This document shows positions 27,055 through 34,709 of a DNA stretch of 64,000 bases, piece by piece. The notes below the pieces were generated by a model. The model ran no database searches, was not told where the DNA came from, and was given only the letters and a program-made list of their open reading frames with translations. Where the stretch lies: the UHGV virus genome UHGV-0038492. One strand, 5' to 3'. Position 1 is the first letter of the stretch. Every line of letters starts with the position of its first letter. The stretch comes from a virus. The translations under genes and the position numbers were made by a program.

Positions 27055-29340
27055 ATGAAAGATACCCGAATCTCTAATTTAGAGAAACTCGTAGAAGCCG
27101 GTACTAGTCTGGCCCAAAACGTCATCGGCAACAACACCGCCAGCGAAATGTGGAATACGATTGTTGCAGGCGAGTCCGTACGCAGCAACGCAAAAGTGTT
27201 TGGCGTTCTGCGTGACGAAGCATCACAGCACTATGCCAACGCTTTTGGTGGCAAGAAAATGTCTCATGCTGCGACTGTCGCCTCCGCAATGATTCTGGGT
27301 GCAGCTAACCACGGTAAAGACCTGCAAGAACGTGTTGCCCAGGAATACGCTAAGCCGGAATTCCACACCAAGTATAACCTGGATATTGGTATCCCTGGTG
27401 CGCAAGGTGGTGACTGGGGTCGTGAGCGCATGGTTGTTGCTCAGGAATATTACAGCAACAAAGACTACGACAAAAACCTGGGCCTGACCTGGACCCTGAA
27501 CGTACGTGCTCTGGAAACTCAGTCCAAGTTTGCTGAAACGCTGTTCCCGACCATTACCGTTGACACCAACGATGTTGGTATTACCGTACGTACTAAAGTG
27601 ACTACCGTTTCTCGCGGTATCATGAACGCGCTGCTGAGCAAAGACGTGGTTGAAGACCATCGTCGTCCGCTGCACAACGCACTGACTGACCACACCGTTC
27701 TCCAGGACGAAGCGATCAACATCGTTCCTTACGTAATGGAAACCGGTGAAAACCAGGAATACTTCGTAAGCGAAGAACTGGTTCCGAACGAAAAAGTTCG
27801 CCTGGGTCGTGTACCTCCGTACCCGACTAACTACCTGAGCTTTGCAAACGACACGCTGAACCTGTTCCAGCTGTCTGCGCATCCGGGTATCGTTCAGGAA
27901 GGTTACGATGAAACTGATGAAATCGCACCGGGTTGTGCTCTGGGCAGCCTGCTGATTTCTGTACGTAAACCTGCCGAAGAAGCGAAAGCAGGTAAATTCA
28001 TCAAACTACACGTTCGTGACATGCAGTTCGCAACCTTCCAGCGTCCTGCTGAAGGTGACGGCCGTGAACTGGTTCTGCAATTCCGTCGTACCGCGTTCTC
28101 TCTGAATGCGAAAACCACTGACTGGAAAGGCGACGCTATTCCGGCTCTGCAAGCACTGGGTCAGAACTCCTACACCCTGCGCTACGTTATCACCATCACC
28201 ATGTCCCTGTTCACCAGCGGCCAGTTCGGTGGTAAAGTAGACATTTCCGGCCACAAACTGGAAATCGAAGGTCTGTACGATGCAACTGGTAACAAAGTTG
28301 ATACCAAGTCTGGTACCGGTAAAGTTATCCTGGACGGCCTGAAACTCGAACTGATGGGCTGGCGCTTCGATGGTACTCGTACCAACGAAAACCGTCGTAC
28401 CCAGGGTCTGCTGCTTGACCCAATTTGGGAACAGGAAAACTACAAACTGCAATACGGTTCTCCGATTCTGACCAAGTCTCCGGTTGGTGTTGAATACGAC
28501 GACACTGAACGTCTGGACGACCTGATCTCTGCGGTGAACATCCGTAACGAACAGCTGGCTATTACTCAGACGCTGTCTTACACTGAAGCAGTACGTAACG
28601 CAGCCGCTGCGATGATCACTCCGTGGGACAAACCGGCTATCCGTGGTCTGGGCCGTCACTGGGTTGCTCCGTGGTTCAAAGAGTCTGACTACAAAGTCGA
28701 TGAAGTTGTTCAGTCTCTGGATACCAAAGAAGCGCTGATCAACGCTCGTCAGGGTCTGTTGCAGCGTATCGGTAGCCAGGTAACTCAGGCTATCCAGGAT
28801 TCTCGTTTCATTCCTGCACTGCGCCTGCTGACCGCTGATCCGGACATTCTGCCGAAAGTTATCATCGCAACTGACGAACCGACTGCATCTATGCTGCTGC
28901 TGGTTCAGGGCGACCAACGTCTGCTGGGCGACCGTTATGAATACGAAGTCGTTACCACCAACGATGACCGCTGGCGTATCTACAACGCAGCTGACGATTC
29001 CTGGACTCGTCGTCTGCAATGGTTCCTGAAAGTTCCGACTGCGGACGATGGTTCCTACTGCGTACTGAACTGGGGTAACCACTTCTGGTCTCCGATCATG
29101 GTTACCAACATCAACATCCAGCGTAACGGTTCTACTTCTAAAGAACTGGCTGTACAGCCGCGTAACGCGCATATCTGCCACTGCCCGATCACTGGTCTGA
29201 TTTGGGTTAAAGGCATCACCAAACTGGTTGAAGAAAAACTGGCTTACAACGTTTCTGTAGAACAGAACGGCCAGAAACAAACCGACGGTGGTGTAGCAGG
29301 TAATGTTGCTGGCGACGGTAAAGACAAAGCTGGTAAATAA
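27055..29340 (+). CDS. major capsid protein (phiKZ-like jumbo phage type), putative
   Basis: 761 aa (~83 kDa) ORF with RBS aagg, the strongest codon bias in the window, strong terminator after it; size and composition fit my recollection of phiKZ/SPN3US-type capsid proteins; no search run. Confidence 0.6.
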   Translation: MKDTRISNLEKLVEAGTSLAQNVIGNNTASEMWNTIVAGESVRSNAKVFGVLRDEASQHYANAFGGKKMSHAATVASAMILGAANHGKDLQERVAQEYAKPEFHTKYNLDIGIPGAQGGDWGRERMVVAQEYYSNKDYDKNLGLTWTLNVRALETQSKFAETLFPTITVDTNDVGITVRTKVTTVSRGIMNALLSKDVVEDHRRPLHNALTDHTVLQDEAINIVPYVMETGENQEYFVSEELVPNEKVRLGRVPPYPTNYLSFANDTLNLFQLSAHPGIVQEGYDETDEIAPGCALGSLLISVRKPAEEAKAGKFIKLHVRDMQFATFQRPAEGDGRELVLQFRRTAFSLNAKTTDWKGDAIPALQALGQNSYTLRYVITITMSLFTSGQFGGKVDISGHKLEIEGLYDATGNKVDTKSGTGKVILDGLKLELMGWRFDGTRTNENRRTQGLLLDPIWEQENYKLQYGSPILTKSPVGVEYDDTERLDDLISAVNIRNEQLAITQTLSYTEAVRNAAAAMITPWDKPAIRGLGRHWVAPWFKESDYKVDEVVQSLDTKEALINARQGLLQRIGSQVTQAIQDSRFIPALRLLTADPDILPKVIIATDEPTASMLLLVQGDQRLLGDRYEYEVVTTNDDRWRIYNAADDSWTRRLQWFLKVPTADDGSYCVLNWGNHFWSPIMVTNINIQRNGSTSKELAVQPRNAHICHCPITGLIWVKGITKLVEEKLAYNVSVEQNGQKQTDGGVAGNVAGDGKDKAGK

Positions 29341-29352
29341 TACCGAATAAAA

Positions 29353-29393
29353 AGTGTCTAAGCCCTTCGGGGCTTAGACCTTTTATTTTTTTC
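29353..29393 (+). terminator. Rho-independent terminator
   Basis: Stem gtctaagccc / gggcttagac with loop ttcg, then cttttatttttttc. Confidence 0.8.
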
Positions 29394-29406
29394 TTTCTAT
29401 TATTTT

Positions 29407-29438
29407 TTGGATAGATATTATCAAAGGGAGACTGTCAG
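29407..29438 (+). promoter_or_regulatory. conserved promoter-like element copy 3 (divergent variant)
   Basis: ttggATAGATATTATCAAAGGGAGActgtcag; shares the AT-rich box and GAGA half-site but the palindrome is degenerate. Confidence 0.35.
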
Positions 29439-29457
29439 TTGGTTTAAAGGAGACTTT

Positions 29458-29508
29458 ATGGAAAAATTACAGTTAAAACTAAAGATATGTACCATTATTA
29501 AAACTTAA
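29458..29508 (+). CDS. possible leader micro-ORF (16 aa)
   Basis: ATG with strong SD aaaggaga 6 nt upstream; ends 12 nt before the 29521 gene, which itself lacks an SD. Confidence 0.25.
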   Translation: MEKLQLKLKICTIIKT

Positions 29509-29520
29509 TCTGGCCCCTAC

Positions 29521-30531
29521 ATGAACCGTCTTGATATTGATGTGGTGCCCAGTATTACTGACCGCTCGTTGTATCAAAAGTCAGGACTGCAAAAACTCAT
29601 CACTTTTGAGAATAATACTGGTGTGCCAATTTACGTCACTGAAACCAGTGGCGGTAGCTTTATTTTAACTCCGTCCAAAAGCCCGGCTGATGAGCATGGG
29701 GTTGTTGTTTATGTAACGTATCAATCGTTCGGAAATCTGGTTAACCTGAACGGGTTTGCAGAAGTCTTACCAGAAAAACAATTCACTAAATTCTGTGCAG
29801 ATTTAAAGGAGAAAGGAGAGGTCACACTCCGATACGTGGTTGACGATATCGGTGCTTTATTACGTGGGGACTTGGTTGTATTGAAGCAGCTAGGATTCGC
29901 ATTTTCAATCACACCAGTTCGATTAGAAAGTACGCCACCGAGCGTAAGACCAGGAGGCGAGAGAACTGAATTTACATTAGGTGTTATTGTTGTGCAGCGT
30001 TACGACGATCCCGAACTATATCGATGGATTAGATTCTACGGAACGCGCATGGAAGTACAACCGATTCTATCTCGATATTACGAACCGGGTGTGTACATGG
30101 TAATCGGAGGAGGAGACAAAGTAGAAGGGAGTAGGATGATTCACTTCGAGTTCGATGACTTACTGTCACCGTTCCGTGTTTTTAAAGATAAAGAAACAGC
30201 CACTGCGTTTCGATGGCAAGAAACGTTACCGGATATTCACGAGATAAAGGAAAAGCTGGAAAGTCAATACAGAGAAAAATTAGAAAGTTTGGATTCGGCA
30301 AAAGACAAACTGGAAATAGAACACAAAAAACAACTACAGAATTTGGCTTTGGAAAAGGAGCGTTTGACTCTAGCGTATAAACAACAAGAACTAGAAGCAA
30401 AGTCTCGGGCAGAGGCACGAAAAGAATTCTACGAGACTCGTTCTTACATTCGTAAAGATGGGTCAGACCTATTTAAATCAGTCCCTGCGTATCTGGCGGC
30501 GGGTGTCGCATTTATAGGGATGCTAAAGTAA
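29521..30531 (+). CDS. hypothetical protein (336 aa) with coiled-coil-like region and C-terminal hydrophobic segment
   Basis: ORF; heptad-like charged repeats (KEKLESQYREKLESLDSAKDKLE...) and C-terminal AYLAAGVAFIGML. Confidence 0.55.
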   Translation: MNRLDIDVVPSITDRSLYQKSGLQKLITFENNTGVPIYVTETSGGSFILTPSKSPADEHGVVVYVTYQSFGNLVNLNGFAEVLPEKQFTKFCADLKEKGEVTLRYVVDDIGALLRGDLVVLKQLGFAFSITPVRLESTPPSVRPGGERTEFTLGVIVVQRYDDPELYRWIRFYGTRMEVQPILSRYYEPGVYMVIGGGDKVEGSRMIHFEFDDLLSPFRVFKDKETATAFRWQETLPDIHEIKEKLESQYREKLESLDSAKDKLEIEHKKQLQNLALEKERLTLAYKQQELEAKSRAEARKEFYETRSYIRKDGSDLFKSVPAYLAAGVAFIGMLK

Positions 30532-30541
30532 GGAGCGTGGC

Positions 30542-32317
30542 GTGTTTAAAGATGCAATCAGAAAGCTTAAAGAGGATGGCAAAATAGTACCCTTTAACCG
30601 AGCGATTGCGGAAGGTGTCGGTTATACACAGGCCAAAGACGGTATACACGAGCGTGTTCAGATTATCTTGAAACGTGAGCTGGATTATCATCCTGTTGAT
30701 AATCCGCGTGTTCCTGAAGGGCTGGCTGTATTAGGCGTACGGTTAATGTCACCGTTTGAAACGTTCATCTATAAGCTGTCTCGTTCTGAGAGCAGCAGAA
30801 TGGATAGACGTCGTGGTGTGATGTCCATTGCGAATACTGATGCGTATATGGTCATGTCAACATTCCGTATTCCAGGAGATTCTCGACCGATCTCAAGACC
30901 GATTAACTTACCCTTTATCCGTCGTGGTGGTTTAATGAACTACTACGGTACGACGTATCACGTTGCACCGGTTATTCACCAGCCAGGTATCTGTCGCGAA
31001 CACGGTGGGGTATTTGTTAACTTTGACTTTAAACGTAAAGCCTCGTTGAAATTCTGTAAGCAACCTGTCCGTGTGTTAGTCAACGGCAAGAAAGAGGAGC
31101 TATTCTTACCAGGCACCAAAAACCTGTTCAAAGCGAAGAACGCAACACATCCTGATACTGACGAGAAACCGTTAATGTATTGGTTGTTCGGACGTTACGG
31201 ATTTAAAGAAGCGATTAAACGCTATACTGGTGTTGACGTAGAAATTTATCCGTCGTTTAAGATCCCAGAACTCGATCTCAACGAGAAAGTTGTAATCAGT
31301 TCCGGTGAATCGAAATATAACCGTTCGATAATGTACGCGGTTGTCGTGCCCGCGGAAGCATTGCCGAACGTGGATAAAGTCGGTTGGGATCAAAACGAGC
31401 ATTTGTTGCTGGCCGCAATTGCCGCGTTCTTCAAAGCCGCTCATTACTATTGCAGTAAACAATCCATTAAGAACGGTAACGTCACGCCGCTCCCGCCGCT
31501 GTTTACCGCAATTAACGAGTTAGCGATGGAAGACGATATTGCTAACCTGAACTCTGCTCCGATTTGGCGTGAGATTCTGGGAAGAAGTATCGTAGGACTA
31601 AAACCTTCCGATATTGAGTTAGCACACAGTATGGCGAAACACTATACTGAATGCGATCGCTATGTTAACTCAACGTTCCGTGCAGAACTGAAGATGACCG
31701 ATCCCGACATTCCAGACGACATGGATATGTTCGATTTCTTCTGGTATGCAACGAAGCTGATGGTACGTACCCGTTTAACCAAACAGGGTGACATTCCGTC
31801 AATGTACGGAAAACGTTTAACCGTAACTGACTACTTACTGTTAGGTGACCGTGGCTTTACACCAACGGTAGCGGCTATTCGTTTCCACCTGGGACAAACG
31901 GAGAATCGTTCGCCAGAATCCTGCGCGAATATGATTCGTAGCGCACTCAATAAAGAAATTGTCACGAGTCTGGTGTTGCGTAATATCACTGGTAACGGTG
32001 GTGTAAGTTATTTCAATGCATCAACAGAGTCCATGGTACTAGGAGTATCCACACACGCAATCAGTCAAACTGAAACGGAATCTAAACGTAACAGCAAAGG
32101 CGGTAAAACGGTTAACCTTAACGACCGTACGAAGCACGCTTCTGCATCGCACCTCGAATGCGGTAACGTTTATTACATTCCGAAGTCGTCCCCATTCAAA
32201 TGGGGTGTCCTTAACCCGTATATGAAAACTAACCGTCAATTAGTGATGGTTCGTAATCCAAAACTTGACGAGTTAATCCAAGCAACCGAAGAAGACATTG
32301 CGAAGATTGGCCGTTAA
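30542..32317 (+). CDS. hypothetical protein (591 aa), GTG start
   Basis: GTG 30542 with RBS aggag 7 nt upstream; long ORF. Confidence 0.6.
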   Translation: MFKDAIRKLKEDGKIVPFNRAIAEGVGYTQAKDGIHERVQIILKRELDYHPVDNPRVPEGLAVLGVRLMSPFETFIYKLSRSESSRMDRRRGVMSIANTDAYMVMSTFRIPGDSRPISRPINLPFIRRGGLMNYYGTTYHVAPVIHQPGICREHGGVFVNFDFKRKASLKFCKQPVRVLVNGKKEELFLPGTKNLFKAKNATHPDTDEKPLMYWLFGRYGFKEAIKRYTGVDVEIYPSFKIPELDLNEKVVISSGESKYNRSIMYAVVVPAEALPNVDKVGWDQNEHLLLAAIAAFFKAAHYYCSKQSIKNGNVTPLPPLFTAINELAMEDDIANLNSAPIWREILGRSIVGLKPSDIELAHSMAKHYTECDRYVNSTFRAELKMTDPDIPDDMDMFDFFWYATKLMVRTRLTKQGDIPSMYGKRLTVTDYLLLGDRGFTPTVAAIRFHLGQTENRSPESCANMIRSALNKEIVTSLVLRNITGNGGVSYFNASTESMVLGVSTHAISQTETESKRNSKGGKTVNLNDRTKHASASHLECGNVYYIPKSSPFKWGVLNPYMKTNRQLVMVRNPKLDELIQATEEDIAKIGR

Positions 32318-32356
32318 CCACGAAAGACGTATTAAGACCTATTAGGAGAATTAAGA

Positions 32357-33967
32357 ATGGCAAGCTACAGCGAAACTCGTGAATTTATCTTGAAAGTTTT
32401 TATGGCTAAACAGGATCAGCTGTTGAACTATCTCGTCGACGCGATGAATGCGAAAGGGATAAAAGAAGATCCGTTTGTTAATGCAGCGTGTATTGTGGGT
32501 AACTGGTATCTGCAAAACCGTCGTCCTAGCGACCAGACTAACGTTGCGGTTATCGAAACCTTTAAGGCAACGCTCTATAGCCGTCTGTTAGGTTTAGGTC
32601 TGACCCCGTTGCAGCCGGACATTCATAGCGCGTTAGAGAAAGCGTTTGTGCTGGCGAATCAGCTTGCAGAAGAAGCTCGTCGTGCCGGGCAGGGTGGCTT
32701 CGGTGTACGTACTGAACCGGTTAACTTCGGTATTCAGAATTCGCAAAATGCGCAACCAACTGCACCGATTCAGGGTTCTTCTGTACCAATGGCCAGCTAT
32801 ACTCCGGCCGGTGTAACAGTGCAACCTGTACAACCCGCTCCGGTATTCGGTGGTACTCAGCAACCTCAACCTCAACCGCAAACACAGCCTGCTATTATTC
32901 AGCCGACTGTTCCGCAGGAAGTGATGAACAAAAGCAAGCCTGTGGATATGAATAAGGAAACGATGGATGATATCATTCAACGTGCTAACCGTCCTCACCA
33001 TGACATTTTGCGGGTAGAAATTGTGGAAGACTATTTAGATCACGAGCTGAAAGAAAAGATTCAGCAAAACGTTGTTTCGCCGAAAGAAGCCAACACACGC
33101 GTCAAGAATTCTGTGTATGCAGAACATCGTGACTGGGGTGATAAGGTTAGTGAACTGGTTGAAGATAACGACAAACAATATTGCTCGTATGACGATGCGG
33201 GTATCATGGTGAAAGTCGAAAGCGAATATCGTCTGTATCCGATGGCACAGACTGAAACTTCTGCGGTGTATCTCCAGGAGTTTTATAGTTCGGTTCGCCA
33301 GATTATCGACGATCTCGATACCGTACGTGATATTGACGATATTGAAAAGCTGATGGAGCGTGTTTCTAATGACGTCTTCAGACTGCGTGATCTTGCACAA
33401 CGTTTGTTAATGTACTTCCTCACCAAATCTGATGAGAATGAAACGTATCGTAGCGAATGTTCAGCGTTTACTCGTCGTTTCATTGCAACATTAACTGTGC
33501 TGGTTCACAACGCCATCTCCGTGGCATCTGCTTATGGTAAAGACGTTCCGGGTACGAAATTCGTACAGTTGGAATGCTGCCTGGATGACATGACCTACTT
33601 TAAAGAGACGGTGTACGGTCGTACCATCGGTGAAAACGGCGTGAGCAAGTCTGCGGATTATTTCCGTGAAATGTTCCTGCTGATCGCGCGTTCTCTGCGT
33701 AAGCTGCACATTCGACTGACCTGCGATAATAAAGCCATTGAACTGTCTCAGGTAACGTACACGATTTCTCTGCAAGCAGATTATCAATCCGCTAACGATC
33801 GCCACATCGTGGAAATCTCATCATTTGGTAATAGCTTCGAACCGATTGTTTCAATCTACGAAGTCATTAACCAGAAAGCACCAGAAGCGTTCATTAAACT
33901 TAAGACCCCGTCTCACGTTTATTCGCTACTGAGCACAGGTGACGTTACTGCACCGGTTCGTTATTAA
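32357..33967 (+). CDS. hypothetical protein (536 aa) with internal P/Q-rich linker
   Basis: RBS aggagaa before ATG; low-complexity QPQPQPQTQP segment. Confidence 0.6.
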   Translation: MASYSETREFILKVFMAKQDQLLNYLVDAMNAKGIKEDPFVNAACIVGNWYLQNRRPSDQTNVAVIETFKATLYSRLLGLGLTPLQPDIHSALEKAFVLANQLAEEARRAGQGGFGVRTEPVNFGIQNSQNAQPTAPIQGSSVPMASYTPAGVTVQPVQPAPVFGGTQQPQPQPQTQPAIIQPTVPQEVMNKSKPVDMNKETMDDIIQRANRPHHDILRVEIVEDYLDHELKEKIQQNVVSPKEANTRVKNSVYAEHRDWGDKVSELVEDNDKQYCSYDDAGIMVKVESEYRLYPMAQTETSAVYLQEFYSSVRQIIDDLDTVRDIDDIEKLMERVSNDVFRLRDLAQRLLMYFLTKSDENETYRSECSAFTRRFIATLTVLVHNAISVASAYGKDVPGTKFVQLECCLDDMTYFKETVYGRTIGENGVSKSADYFREMFLLIARSLRKLHIRLTCDNKAIELSQVTYTISLQADYQSANDRHIVEISSFGNSFEPIVSIYEVINQKAPEAFIKLKTPSHVYSLLSTGDVTAPVRY

Positions 33968-34005
33968 GTTTGGATTGGGGGTGGAAACATCCCCATTTTT
34001 AAGGA

Positions 34006-34260
34006 GTGCGTATGGCCGCTTATGTTGATTACAGTAAAGCCAAGATAGAGCTAAACGTAATTGATACCGTAGAGCGTTTAAAGCAACAACTTTCTTTGGA
34101 GTTATATCAACTTCGCGTCCGTATTCACGAGCGTGAACAACTTATTGAGAAACGTCCATTATTTATCGACGAGAAGCAGGTAAAACTTATCACTGCGGAG
34201 TTAGAAGTTATGGCCGCAGAGAAACTGTTACTCGAAGAACGTATCGCTGCTATTGGTTAA
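34006..34260 (+). CDS. hypothetical protein (84 aa), coiled-coil-like
   Basis: RBS aaggag before ATG 34012-region start; terminator follows. Confidence 0.5.
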   Translation: MRMAAYVDYSKAKIELNVIDTVERLKQQLSLELYQLRVRIHEREQLIEKRPLFIDEKQVKLITAELEVMAAEKLLLEERIAAIG

Positions 34261-34269
34261 TCACCACAC

Positions 34270-34305
34270 AAGGAGAGCCTAGGCTCTCCTCCTTTCTTTT
34301 TTATT
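34270..34305 (+). terminator. Rho-independent terminator
   Basis: Palindrome aggagagcctaggctctcct then cctttcttttttatt. Confidence 0.7.
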
Positions 34306-34344
34306 CCCAAATTTATTATAGTACCCACTCATTAGGGAATTAAG

Positions 34345-34644
34345 ATGATTAAGTATATTGCAATCAATGTAAACTACGAACGTAACCCACGTTTTCGTTT
34401 TGAGTTACCTGAAACCAAAGCAACCATGGAGTTTAATCGTTACCTGTTAGAACATTCAAACACCAAAATCAATCACGGTAGATACTGGCTTATCTACTAT
34501 AATGCCCGTAATGAGTTACTGAAAGCCGTCAAGAAATCAGGTCAGTCAGAACTGTTAGCGAAACTGATGGCGTTTGATGGCGATCCTTTAGCAATAGGAA
34601 TTATGTTAGACCTTGCTATCAATAAAGACGAAATAGCATGGTGA
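34345..34644 (+). CDS. hypothetical protein (99 aa)
   Basis: RBS agggaattaag before ATG 34345. Confidence 0.5.
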   Translation: MIKYIAINVNYERNPRFRFELPETKATMEFNRYLLEHSNTKINHGRYWLIYYNARNELLKAVKKSGQSELLAKLMAFDGDPLAIGIMLDLAINKDEIAW

Positions 34645-34705
34645 AAAAAAGAAAGCTACTCCGACCCCAGAAGGGTCGGAGTAAGCTCGAATTATTTTTT
34701 TTTTG
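34644..34705. terminator. bidirectional Rho-independent terminator
   Basis: Stem tactccgaccc / gggtcggagta flanked by an A-run (upstream) and T-run (downstream); between convergent genes. Confidence 0.8.
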
Positions 34706-34709
34706 CTAT

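Noticed and set aside
30542-32317. Possible P-loop (SKGGKT) in the 591 aa protein
   Set aside because: Does not satisfy the [AG]-x4-GK[ST] spacing when read carefully.
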